Source: an uncultured Fulvivirga sp.
GTDB lineage: Bacteria; Bacteroidota; Bacteroidia; Cytophagales; Cyclobacteriaceae
Direction: 5' to 3'
DNA length: 64,000 nt
Assembly: GCA_947500555.1 (NCBI GenBank)
Contig: CANMSE010000006.1
Span: 66,388-130,387 of the forward strand
Each line of letters starts with the position of its first letter. Position 1 is the stretch's first letter. Positions 28,923 through 37,986 of the stretch are shown here, piece by piece. The position numbers and the translations under genes are program-made. The notes under the pieces were generated by a model, which ran no database searches, was not told the origin of the DNA, and saw nothing but the letters and a program-made list of their open reading frames with translations.

Positions 28923-29309
28923 ATGAAAAACGTGGTGATTATTATCTTTTTAATATTCTGTAAAACTAGTTTAGTTTTTGGGCAGGTGGATAACAATTGT
29001 GACTTGAAAATGAAAGTCGTCAACAGGACTCCTTATTATATCGATCAGTTAGTTTTCGGAAAGACTAAGATACTAGAAATCAAAAGCAATAAGACCTCTA
29101 GTCAAATTTGTTTAGATAAGGTCAAAACTCAAATAGGCTATGATCTTCTATATCGCAAAAATCGTTTTCTGTTTAATCAGAAGAAAAAGGAAGCGGGAGT
29201 ATTGATCGATTTTTTCGGGAAATTAGAAATAACAGAGGGGAATTTTTTGCTTGTTCTGACCCTAGATTCTGAAGGTGAATTTGACTTTGATCTGATAAAC
29301 AGGCCATAA
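28923..29309 (+). CDS. Secreted hypothetical protein
   Basis: ORF with signal peptide. No recognised domain. Confidence 0.45.
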   Translation: MKNVVIIIFLIFCKTSLVFGQVDNNCDLKMKVVNRTPYYIDQLVFGKTKILEIKSNKTSSQICLDKVKTQIGYDLLYRKNRFLFNQKKKEAGVLIDFFGKLEITEGNFLLVLTLDSEGEFDFDLINRP

Positions 29310-29311
29310 TT

Positions 29312-29981
29312 CGAGTAGACGGCCCGACTAAATTAGTCGGGGTGCGCCTCTCACACCACCCAGCCCTTCCTTCGTCAGGACAGGCCAAGCAGTTCTCGTA
29401 CTGGGCGGTTCGTAAAGCATACATTGCCGCTCTTTACACCAGCAGTGCTTTCCGCTACTTCTAGGATAAGGCTACACAAAGGCTCCTTATCGAATTTTCA
29501 CTTCGCAATACGTTCAGCCCTTCACTACCTTGTGAGACCTCCCCGCTTTTAGCAGAGCTCGTTACCAATAGTTACTATGGCTTCTGCTGACTTCTCTTGG
29601 ATGTTCACGACATCCGGAGATCTCCCCAGGTAAGGGCATATTCCTTTCCCCAATATCCACTGGATCTACTCTAAAGACTCTTGATAGTTGCCTACCCTTG
29701 AGACGTCAGTATGATCCCGTAACAAGTACGGGACAGGTCGTGCTACCTCATCCAACCTTTACAGCCTCCGTATCCAGTTCCTGTTCGTTGGAACAGGGGT
29801 TTGCAGTCTCGCTTCCTTCAGTGCATACCTCACGGTAAACCTCCTTGCCACTTGCTAATACTTCGGGGCACAGCCTGTCCCGTTGAAGAACGGGAACCCC
29901 CGCATATAAGGGACTAGGATTTCTCCGCACCCTCTGGAATAATTTGGCATCTTCGATACCAGATGCCCATGCTGGGCACAC
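29312..29981 (-). ncRNA. ORF-less group II intron-like ribozyme RNA (class C-like); 3' boundary approximate
   Basis: GC-rich, ORF-free block. The minus strand begins GTGTGCCCAGCATGGG (GUGYG 5' end). It contains CTGAAGGAAGCGAGACTGCAAACC, CCCTTACCTGGGGAG, AGAAGTCAGCAGAAGCCATAGTA and GAACCGCC...GGTGGTGTG, which I recall as conserved blocks of the Oceanobacillus iheyensis IIC intron. No reverse transcriptase ORF. Confidence 0.72.
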
Positions 29982-30174
29982 ACAAATAATAAGCTCAATG
30001 AGCAAACTGAGTTACAAACAAAATTCAGCGGAAACAGTAACTTTAAATCAATTGGAAAGGGTATGCTAACTGAGCTACGAGCATTCTTCAGTGCAAAACA
30101 TTAACTTCAGAATCAACTGAAAGAATATAAACATGTGTTTGTTATTTAGATGTTAATTTATAATTATTATATCT

Positions 30175-30759
30175 ATGGACAGACTGCTTCTACAAAGCCT
30201 TTTAAGACACATTTCGTTGGATAGTCAGGAAATTGAACTTATTGCCTCCTTTTTTAAATCAAAACATATAAAAAAGAAAAACTACTTACTAAGGGAAGGT
30301 GAAACTTTTCGCTATGCTAGTTACGTAAAGCAAGGTTGTTTTGTAATGTATTCGTCAGATAGAACCGGAAAAAACCACGTGACCCAAATAGCGGTTGAAG
30401 GCTGGTGGTCTGGAGATATCTATAGCTTTCTTTCACAAAAACCTTCATCCTTCTTTGTTGAAGCACTTGAAGATTCAGAAGTTCTTCAAGTGAGTAAAGA
30501 TGAACTGGAACAGTTATATGTTCTGGTTCCAAAAATGGAGCGTTATTTTAGAATCCTGGTACAGAATGCATATGTCAGTTTCCAAGATCGAGTATTATCT
30601 TCAATGAATTCTTCTGCTCTTGAGCGCTACCTGGAATTTATTAAAAAGTACCCGAACCTTGTACAAAGGGTACCATTATATACTATTGCTTCCTATCTTG
30701 GAATAAGACCAGAAGTTCTAAGTAGACTGAGAAAAAAGCTTACAACCGAGCTTTCTTGA
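30175..30759 (+). CDS. Crp/Fnr-family transcriptional regulator
   Basis: cNMP-binding-like N-terminus (KKKNYLLREGE...YVKQGCF) and C-terminal HTH (IASYLGIRPEVLSRLRKK). Confidence 0.85.
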   Translation: MDRLLLQSLLRHISLDSQEIELIASFFKSKHIKKKNYLLREGETFRYASYVKQGCFVMYSSDRTGKNHVTQIAVEGWWSGDIYSFLSQKPSSFFVEALEDSEVLQVSKDELEQLYVLVPKMERYFRILVQNAYVSFQDRVLSSMNSSALERYLEFIKKYPNLVQRVPLYTIASYLGIRPEVLSRLRKKLTTELS

Positions 30760-30835
30760 CCTAGGTCATTTTTGTTGATTTGGTTTTAACTTAATCTTAC
30801 TTCATAATTTATGATTAATTAAAAAAAAGATTAAA

Positions 30836-31153
30836 ATGTCAACTTATTGTTTATTCCAAAATTTAGAAATCACTGCACCTGAAAAGATGCAAGAGTATGT
30901 AGCCAAAGTCAAACCCATAACAGCTTCTTTTGGGGGAGAATATGTGGTGAGTGACGCAAATATAGATATTAAAGAGGGTGATTGGCAGCCGATATGGCCA
31001 GTAATAATTAAGTTTCCATCCTTGAAACATGCTCAGGATTGGTATGAATCAGATGCTTATAAACCGCTAAAAGAACTTAGAAAGTCTGCGGGTAAATTTA
31101 GTGCTGTTTTTATGGAAGGGCAGAATAATAATATAGTTTTTAATTGCTCGTAA
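30836..31153 (+). CDS. DUF1330 domain protein
   Basis: About 100 aa with the ...IIKFPSLKHAQDWYESDAYKPLKELR pattern typical of DUF1330. Confidence 0.7.
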   Translation: MSTYCLFQNLEITAPEKMQEYVAKVKPITASFGGEYVVSDANIDIKEGDWQPIWPVIIKFPSLKHAQDWYESDAYKPLKELRKSAGKFSAVFMEGQNNNIVFNCS

Positions 31154-31157
31154 CCAC

Positions 31158-31571
31158 ATGAATAAAATATTATTAACACTGTTGGTGTTCATTACAACCT
31201 TACTTTCTTGTAATGATGTTCAAAAATCAACAGATATATTGACTGAAACAAACACTAATATGGAATTAAAAGATTTGATTGGTAATACTTATGAATTTAA
31301 GTACTTAAAGTCTAGTTATAATATAAGAATTCAATCAGATTCGACTATTTATTGGAAATTAGTTGGAGGAAATATGGAAGACGGATCAGAAGGGTCTAAC
31401 AAATATATTCATTCTCAAATTAATGATAATATTCTCTTTATATCCTGGATAGAAGACAGCGGATTAGAATTGTATAATGTTCTCAATTTTGAAGATCATA
31501 CTCTCACTACTCATGGAAATATGAATGGACAAATGTTTGTAAACCAAGGGACTTTTAGGCCTGTTGAATAG
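31158..31571 (+). CDS. Lipoprotein of unknown function
   Basis: Signal peptide with lipobox-like LLSC. No recognised domain. Confidence 0.5.
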   Translation: MNKILLTLLVFITTLLSCNDVQKSTDILTETNTNMELKDLIGNTYEFKYLKSSYNIRIQSDSTIYWKLVGGNMEDGSEGSNKYIHSQINDNILFISWIEDSGLELYNVLNFEDHTLTTHGNMNGQMFVNQGTFRPVE

Positions 31572-31586
31572 CAGAGTGATAATTTT

Positions 31587-31816
31587 TCCTCCTCAGAGAG
31601 GGACTCAGAGCAAGTTACATTGAGACATTATGAAACAATTTGTGACTACTAAAACTTAAGATGGCGAACTTACTTCATGGAGAAGATTTCTCCGCTGTGC
31701 TGCGAAATGACAGTCGAAGTGGACGCGAAAAAATAGGCATGTCAATTTTATTTGCTACCATGTGTAGGCTGTAAGAGATTCTCCTCCTCAGAGTCACCCG
31801 TAAGGGACTCTGAGCA
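31587..31816. repeat. Cluster of degenerate hairpin-repeat elements
   Basis: tcctcctcagagagggactcagagca (31587-31612) and ttctcctcctcagagtcacccgtaagggactctgagca (31779-31816; 9-bp stem ctcagagtc/gactctgag). Between them, tctccgctgtgctgcgaaatgacagtcgaag (31689-31719). Confidence 0.45.
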
Positions 31817-31830
31817 TATCACCAAAAAAC

Positions 31831-32472
31831 TTAAAAGCTATCTTCAGGCAATTCAGATACCACTGAAACAATTTGTTTGTGATGCCTCAATGTATGAGCA
31901 ATGCTAATTAGCATCAATTGATGTAAGTCCCGAAACTCAGTAGGACCTCTGCCACTTTTAGTATAGAATGCTCTTAGGTTTTTATCATACCCTTTTAAGT
32001 AAAGCATCATGGCTTCACGAACATTAGCATAGTGTGAAACAGCTGCTTCCTTACTACACCAACGTCCTACTGGTTGAAGGTATTCGGGAGCAGAACCTGA
32101 ATTAGCAGGTGTGATATCCTTATAACTAAGTATTGCACTATCTGCAACAAATAAATCAGCCTTTTGTCCAACCGGGATAGGAAGAGTCGAAAGTACTTTC
32201 AACTCTCGGTAAAATAACTCTTCATGGATAATCAAATGCTCAATTATCAGTGCCGGAGACCAAATCAAAGAGTCAGAGTCAGGTCTATAATTCCATTGCT
32301 TTTCATTTAAAACCTCAATAGAATTATGAACCAGCTGAAATGATGAATCAAGATTTTCTAGAAGGTATGATTTGTCATTAGAAGACCATTCACGTTCATA
32401 GAGATCTACACTTGGTTTTGGATTACATTGTAGAAATAGAACTGAAGCCAATATCAAATAGAAATACTTCAT
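31831..32472 (-). CDS. DinB-family protein (lipoprotein-type signal)
   Basis: Helical-bundle His pattern (LIIEHLIIHE ... IAHTLRHHKQI). I prefer the ATG at 32472 (MKYFYLILASVLFLQC) to the TTG at 32517. Confidence 0.7.
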   Translation of the reverse strand: MKYFYLILASVLFLQCNPKPSVDLYEREWSSNDKSYLLENLDSSFQLVHNSIEVLNEKQWNYRPDSDSLIWSPALIIEHLIIHEELFYRELKVLSTLPIPVGQKADLFVADSAILSYKDITPANSGSAPEYLQPVGRWCSKEAAVSHYANVREAMMLYLKGYDKNLRAFYTKSGRGPTEFRDLHQLMLISIAHTLRHHKQIVSVVSELPEDSF

Positions 32473-32574
32473 TGTATAGTAATGATAATGCTTGTCTAAT
32501 TTAACAAAAGTTGTCAATCATATAGTTGTAGTATTTTAGAACTATAAGTTCGCTTCCTTGTTTTCTCATTAGAT

Positions 32575-33237
32575 TTGAATCAAGTGATAAAACAATACCT
32601 TCCTTATATTCCCATAGTAGGTATGGGTCTATACCTCATCGTTTTTACCATAGCAGCTGTGGATTACCCAGGAGGGTCAATCAACCAGTCGGCAGCAGAT
32701 GGCTATAGCTTCTTTCATAATTTTTTATGCGATGTAATGAATCCTGTAACCCAGGGAGGTAAGGCAAATGATGCACGAGCCTTAGCGATAGTCGCTCATG
32801 TGATACTCAGTATCACGATGATCTCCTTTTTCTATATCCTACCGGAGATTTTTAATAGAACAAATAGAAATACGAAACTAATCAGAGGTTTTGGTGTGCT
32901 CACCATGACGGTTTTCATTTTTATGTATACCAGCTATCATGATAGCATTGTTACTTTAACCGCTGTTCTTGGTACTGTAGCACTGATTCCATTCTTTATT
33001 GAACTCGCTCATTACAAAAATAAAGGGCTCAAACAGCTTGCCTACTTATGTTATATACTAAGTGTAGTTGTATTCTTCATTTTTACGACAAAAATTGGCT
33101 TTTACTACCTCCCCTTTCTACAGAAAATTACCTTTGGTGTTGACGCCTGGTGGGTGATTTGGGTGAGTTTGATTGTGCTTCGTAAAGAGAAAGAAATCAT
33201 GGTCATTCCGGCAACCAAGTCAGAATCCTTCAATTAA
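32575..33237 (+). CDS. Multi-pass membrane protein of unknown function
   Basis: Six hydrophobic segments. TTG start in the track, so the start is uncertain. The last ~12 codons overlap a repeat element (see findings). Confidence 0.5.
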   Translation: MNQVIKQYLPYIPIVGMGLYLIVFTIAAVDYPGGSINQSAADGYSFFHNFLCDVMNPVTQGGKANDARALAIVAHVILSITMISFFYILPEIFNRTNRNTKLIRGFGVLTMTVFIFMYTSYHDSIVTLTAVLGTVALIPFFIELAHYKNKGLKQLAYLCYILSVVVFFIFTTKIGFYYLPFLQKITFGVDAWWVIWVSLIVLRKEKEIMVIPATKSESFN

Positions 33238-33360
33238 GATTGCAAAGCTACATGAGACCCTAAATCAAGCTTGCCTGACGGCTGGCAGGTTCAGGGTGAC
33301 CATCCATTTTATTTTAAGAGAACTTAATGAGGCGATTCCGGCACTACGGCCGGAATGGCG
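33202..33360. repeat. Compound palindromic intergenic elements
   Basis: gtcattccggcaaccaagtcagaatcc (33202-33228, degenerate), gcctgacggctggcagg (33273-33289) and attccggc-actacg-gccggaat (33335-33356, 8-bp stem). Confidence 0.5.
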
Positions 33361-33373
33361 ATAAATTTTAGGA

Positions 33374-34249
33374 TTACTTTCCTAAAGCTTTCAGCATGGT
33401 GTCACCAATATCAGCTGGTGATTCTACTACGTTTAGGCCACACTCACGCATGATCTTCATTTTAGCTTCTGCAGTATCATCAGCTCCACCAATGATAGCT
33501 CCTGCGTGACCCATACGCTTTCCTTTAGGTGCTGTCTGCCCAGCTATAAACCCAACTACAGGCTTAGGGTTACCCTGTTCTTTGATCCAACGAGCGGCTT
33601 CTGCTTCGTAGTTACCACCAATCTCGCCAATCATAACGATAGCTTCTGTTTCAGGATCGTTCATCAATAGTTCTACGGCTTGCTTAGTCGAAGTACCAAT
33701 AATCGGATCTCCACCAATACCAATAGCTGTAGAAATTCCTAATCCGGCTTTAACTACCTGATCAGCTGCCTCATACGTCAAGGTTCCTGATTTAGAAACA
33801 ATGCCGATCTTACCTTGCTTAAATACAAAGCCTGGCATGATACCAACTTTTGCTTCTCCAGGCGTGATTACTCCAGGACAGTTAGGTCCAACCAAAGTAA
33901 CATTCTTTCCTTTAATATAATTTTTTGCCATCACCATATCCTTCACAGGAATACCTTCGGTAATCGCTATAATAACTTTTATACCTGCGTCAGCGGCTTC
34001 CATGATGGCATCAGCGGCAAAGGCAGGGGGCACAAAAATGATGGACACATTAGCTCCGGCTTTATCAACCGCTTCTTTAACTGTATTGAAAACAGGTTTA
34101 TCTAAGTGGGTCTGCCCTCCTTTGCCGGGAGTAACACCACCAACTACGTTAGTACCATATTCTATCATTTGCCCGGCATGAAATGTTCCTTCCGAACCAG
34201 TGAAACCTTGTACTATAACTTTAGAATCTTTGTTTACTAATACGCTCAT
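33374..34249 (-). CDS. sucD: Succinate--CoA ligase subunit alpha
   Basis: [24 protein letters not shown]...[10 protein letters not shown]...RMGHAGAII, with the active-site His context. Confidence 0.95.
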   Translation of the reverse strand: MSVLVNKDSKVIVQGFTGSEGTFHAGQMIEYGTNVVGGVTPGKGGQTHLDKPVFNTVKEAVDKAGANVSIIFVPPAFAADAIMEAADAGIKVIIAITEGIPVKDMVMAKNYIKGKNVTLVGPNCPGVITPGEAKVGIMPGFVFKQGKIGIVSKSGTLTYEAADQVVKAGLGISTAIGIGGDPIIGTSTKQAVELLMNDPETEAIVMIGEIGGNYEAEAARWIKEQGNPKPVVGFIAGQTAPKGKRMGHAGAIIGGADDTAEAKMKIMRECGLNVVESPADIGDTMLKALGK

Positions 34250-34272
34250 GTGTCGCTTGGTTAAATTTTGTG

Positions 34273-34280
34273 CAAAAATA
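34273..34280 (-). promoter_or_regulatory. Candidate Bacteroidota -7 promoter box (TAnnTTTG) for sucD
   Basis: Minus strand reads TATTTTTG, 24 nt upstream of the sucD ATG. Confidence 0.3.
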
Positions 34281-34543
34281 AAATATTAAATGGCTTAACC
34301 AAAGGTAAGAGGAGACCATATTGTTATTCTGATCAAAAAAATAATTGCTTTTTTATGTAACCTTTTCAGTGCTGCGAGACCGATCAAGAGGTGTTCGATA
34401 TCGCAACAAACGAAAACAACTAATTATTATAATTTATTGATTATCAATATATTATGTTCATGGCATGGCGATTGTAAAAGAGTTTGTGGTCAAAAAGCTC
34501 TCATAAAGTTGGGAGTATTATTCAAAATTTAACAACAACAATC

Positions 34544-34867
34544 ATGAACGTATTGAGCAACAAAAAGCGAATACTTGCCGCAGCTATGGCAGTACTAATC
34601 GCAGCACCTTCATTTGCGGGTGTTACCACCACCGAAAAAGATAAAAAGGGAAATGAATTAAATTATGAATCGTTGGATCCCTTTTATAATCAAGACAACG
34701 GAAATAATCCAATGACTTTTAAGATCTATGATTATTCAGATAATCTGGTCTATGAATCTACACTTACAAAAGACGATGTTGCAGAAGTAAAATTGATCAA
34801 GTTATTGAACAAAAGCGACTTCATGGCTGAAAATGGCAACACATCTTATTTCAGATTGAATCATTAA
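34544..34867 (+). CDS. Secreted hypothetical protein
   Basis: I prefer the ATG at 34544 (MNVLSNKKRILAAAMAVLIAAPSFA signal peptide) to the TTG at 34484. Confidence 0.5.
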   Translation: MNVLSNKKRILAAAMAVLIAAPSFAGVTTTEKDKKGNELNYESLDPFYNQDNGNNPMTFKIYDYSDNLVYESTLTKDDVAEVKLIKLLNKSDFMAENGNTSYFRLNH

Positions 34868-34996
34868 ATATTAAATAGCTTCAGAAGTATGAAGCCTTTA
34901 TTAAAGATAGTTTTTCCAACCCGGCATTGGCAGCAGTTATTTAACCAGTGTTATGAAAAATGAAACGTTCTTCAGGGGTATAGTTTAGGTTGAACG

Positions 34997-35021
34997 AAAA
35001 AGGGGCTTAAAGCCCCTTTTT
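34997..35021. terminator. Bidirectional intrinsic terminator
   Basis: aaaa-aggggct-taa-agcccct-tttt between convergent genes. Confidence 0.7.
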
Positions 35022-35040
35022 CAATGATATCTTTGTGATC

Positions 35041-37650
35041 CTAGTCTTGTTTTAAAACCTTGGCAGGATTAGTTATTGCCGCCCTGAACGATTGATAACC
35101 AACCGTCAGCCAGGCTACCAACATGGTAGAACTAATGGCTAAAAAAAATATCCCTATTCCGACTGTTATCCTATAGGCAAATTCGTTTAGCCAGCTACTT
35201 GTCAAGACATATGCAATAGGTAACCCTATAATGTTAGCAATTAGTACAATAACCAGAAACTTATTAATAACTCGTTGAGAAACGCTTATAACAGATCCTC
35301 CCAATACCTTTCGCAGAGCTATTTCCTTTAATTGATCTTTAATAGTGATATTGGCTATAGCATACATACCAATGAATGCTATCAAAATGGAAAGTGTTGT
35401 AAGATAAAGTAAGATTTTTGAAAGTTTGACCTGCTCTAAATGTAGGCTGTTGAATGTTTCATCCAAGAAATAGTATTCCATAGGTAATCCACCAGTCAGC
35501 TCATTCCAGGTAGTCTCTAGCTCACTTATAGAATGAGCTAAATCGTTTGTTGAAAGCTTAATATGAGCATAAGGCAAAGCATTATCTCTGGCTAAAAAAG
35601 CATAAGGTTGAATTTTGGACTTATAATTAGTGAAATGAAAGTCTTTCACCACACCTACAATGGTGCCATTAACGATAGTATCATTTTGAACTGTAAAAGG
35701 CAACTCCAGACCTATGTCACTCAAAGTATATCCCATCTGTTCCAACCCGGTTTCATTTACTATAATTTTCAACCCTTCATAATCTGACTTCCTTTCCTTA
35801 TCAAAATTTCTTCCGGCTAATAATTCCAGATTCAATGTCTTTAGAAGACCATCATCAATAACAATGTAATTCATCAGGATTTCATCAGGATAACCTAAGC
35901 CAGTCGTCCAATTTGTACCACCAACAATTCCATTTGCAAAACCCACTTCCGAAACAGCGTTCAGGCTTTCTAACTCACTTTTTAAAGTCGCTTGATTCGG
36001 CAGTTTATTGGCATTTTCCAATACCAACACCTGATCCGTTGATAATCCCTTATTTTTTGTATTTAGATGATTTAATTGCTCATAAACAACCAGGCTGCCG
36101 CAAATCATAATGGCGGATAAAGCAAATTGTATGGCCAGTAGTACTTTTCGCATGGAAACCAATGACTTGCCTTTTGAGTTTATCACGCCTTTTACAGCAG
36201 TGGCAACCTTGAAAGAAGCGAAATGAACAGCTGGATATACTCCGGATAAAATACCGATGAATAGGGCTGAAATCATTGCAGGAAATAATGTATTGAGATG
36301 CTGAGGCTCATATAACTTAACCTCGAACCCAATCAAAGATTCTAAATTCATAAATAGCAGCTGTGCCATTGCAACTCCCGCTATAAGCGCAAATATGGTA
36401 ATCAATATAGTTTCAAAAACAAACTGACCCGCCAACGTATTTTGATGTGCTCCAAACGTTTTTCTTACACCCACTTCTTTAAACCTGGCAAAAGACTGAG
36501 CAATAGTGAGATTTAAATAGTTTAAGCATGAGATGAGAAGTACAAAAATTCCAAGAGCTGAAAAAATGTATATGTTTGTCATATCTCCATTGACTCCTAG
36601 TTCCCATTTTAGTTTTGATTTCAGATGAATATCGGTTAATGGTTGGGAATAAATCATATTGAAATATTCAGCACCTTCAGATTGTTTCTCGTAAAATGGC
36701 TGGAGTTTGTTTTCAAATACTACTTCGTCCGATAATGGGTTCATTTTTACATAAGTGTAGAAATTAAACCAGCCCCAATTTTGATCAATATTTTCGAATG
36801 TCAATCGTGTTAGATAATCAAAAGTAAAATGGGAGTTTTCAGGGATATTCTCTAAAACACCTGTTACTACATAGGTTGAATTATCATCGGTGCGAAATAG
36901 GGTTATCTCTTCCCCAATAACTTCCATTTTACCGAAATGCTTTAGGGCAGCTCGTTTAGTTAATACAATAGAATTTATTTGATCCAAAGCCGTATTAGGA
37001 CTGCCGTATAAAAAGGGAAAGCTAAATACATCAAAGAACGTAGAATCTGTTCTGATAAGCTCTTCTTCGAAGAATCTCTTATCATCGGATGTTCCAAGCA
37101 AATACTTATTTCCCCAATTAGGCATAAAACGTACAGAAGATCCAACTTCTTCAAAGGAATTGATCAGAGCAGGGGCTAATGCAGGAGGAGTGGTAGCATC
37201 AGGCGTACGATTCCCTTTCTCATCCATAAAGTCTATGGCAATACGCTTTATATTCTCAGATCGATCATGAAATTGATCATAGCTTAACTCGTGATTTACG
37301 TAGATAGATATGAATATAAAACAAGCAAAACCAATACTCAGACTAACTATATTCATTAGTGATATTGCTTTGTGCTTAGTAATTATTCGCCAGGCGAATT
37401 TTAGATAGTTGTTATACATGACCATTAAGTTTGAGTTGTATTTTTTATTAAATGCAAAGGGTCTTAAAAAATGAAAGACATGGTACCAATATTTCATATC
37501 AGCTCTCCATTTGGCATTCCCTATTCTTAGTTCTTGGTAGTGTTCATAAAGATCCCCCAGAACTTCATCTTGAAGCTCTTTTCTACAAAAGGTTCTAAGA
37601 AACCTTTCAGCTAGTTTAGGCGGATTATATGGCTCTGAAGATGGCATCAA
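35041..37650 (-). CDS. MacB/FtsX-type ABC transporter permease with N-terminal prefix domain
   Basis: 869 aa, same architecture as 12022..14676. Prefix has GDLYEHY...HFLRPF. Overlaps the PadR gene by 26 nt. Confidence 0.85.
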   Translation of the reverse strand: MMPSSEPYNPPKLAERFLRTFCRKELQDEVLGDLYEHYQELRIGNAKWRADMKYWYHVFHFLRPFAFNKKYNSNLMVMYNNYLKFAWRIITKHKAISLMNIVSLSIGFACFIFISIYVNHELSYDQFHDRSENIKRIAIDFMDEKGNRTPDATTPPALAPALINSFEEVGSSVRFMPNWGNKYLLGTSDDKRFFEEELIRTDSTFFDVFSFPFLYGSPNTALDQINSIVLTKRAALKHFGKMEVIGEEITLFRTDDNSTYVVTGVLENIPENSHFTFDYLTRLTFENIDQNWGWFNFYTYVKMNPLSDEVVFENKLQPFYEKQSEGAEYFNMIYSQPLTDIHLKSKLKWELGVNGDMTNIYIFSALGIFVLLISCLNYLNLTIAQSFARFKEVGVRKTFGAHQNTLAGQFVFETILITIFALIAGVAMAQLLFMNLESLIGFEVKLYEPQHLNTLFPAMISALFIGILSGVYPAVHFASFKVATAVKGVINSKGKSLVSMRKVLLAIQFALSAIMICGSLVVYEQLNHLNTKNKGLSTDQVLVLENANKLPNQATLKSELESLNAVSEVGFANGIVGGTNWTTGLGYPDEILMNYIVIDDGLLKTLNLELLAGRNFDKERKSDYEGLKIIVNETGLEQMGYTLSDIGLELPFTVQNDTIVNGTIVGVVKDFHFTNYKSKIQPYAFLARDNALPYAHIKLSTNDLAHSISELETTWNELTGGLPMEYYFLDETFNSLHLEQVKLSKILLYLTTLSILIAFIGMYAIANITIKDQLKEIALRKVLGGSVISVSQRVINKFLVIVLIANIIGLPIAYVLTSSWLNEFAYRITVGIGIFFLAISSTMLVAWLTVGYQSFRAAITNPAKVLKQD

Positions 37651-37981
37651 TGTTATTGTTCCATGCTAAATCCGAAATCTGACTCCAAAGGTCATTTCGT
37701 AAATCACGATTGGTTTTAATGGCTTCCTTGCCAGCAGCAGTGATTTGGAAAAGCCTTTTTCTTCGGCCACCACGTTTATGCGTTCCAACGGCAAGTTCAG
37801 ACTTGAGAAATCCCTTTTCCTCCAAACGACTTAAAGCTGAGTGCACAGCTCCTATAGCCACCTTTCTACCGGATTGGTTAATAACTTCTTCTCTAATGTT
37901 TAGTCCATAGGCGTCCGGATACAACACCCCTACTATCAATAAGATGAGTTCTTCAAACTCTCCTAGATGAGTTCCTTTCAT
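37625..37981 (-). CDS. PadR-family transcriptional regulator
   Basis: LGEFEELILLIVGVL...AYGLNIREEV...VHSALSRLEEKGFL. Confidence 0.9.
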   Translation of the reverse strand: MKGTHLGEFEELILLIVGVLYPDAYGLNIREEVINQSGRKVAIGAVHSALSRLEEKGFLKSELAVGTHKRGGRRKRLFQITAAGKEAIKTNRDLRNDLWSQISDLAWNNNIDAIFRAI

Positions 37982-37986
37982 AAGTT

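Noticed and set aside
29312-29981. Alternative identities for the GC-rich non-coding block: tmRNA, RNase P RNA, rRNA fragment, IscB/TnpB omega-RNA
   Set aside because: It lacks the tmRNA ends (GGGG... / ...CCACCA-type acceptor) and the RNase P GGAAAGTCCGG core. It shows no rRNA-like stretches. No IscB/TnpB ORF is adjacent. The GUGUG start and the recalled IIC intron blocks fit much better.
29173-30005. ORFs 29173..29424 (83 aa) and 29748..30005 (85 aa) as protein genes
   Set aside because: Both fall in the GC-rich block that reads as a structured group II intron-like RNA. They have no recognisable protein motifs, and the composition break matches RNA rather than local coding DNA.
29982-30060. 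Terminator-type stem-loop just upstream of the intron 5' end, as expected for class C intron insertion sites
   Set aside because: Only weak pairings are visible (agttac...gtaact with a 21-nt loop, and a 4-5-bp gctca/tgagc stem). I cannot support a target hairpin, which leaves the insertion context unresolved.
33173-33364. 63-aa + strand ORF
   Set aside because: It spans a run of palindromic repeat elements (for example LTAGRFRV from gcctgacggctggcaggttcagggtgac). This is the kind of pseudo-ORF such repeats generate.
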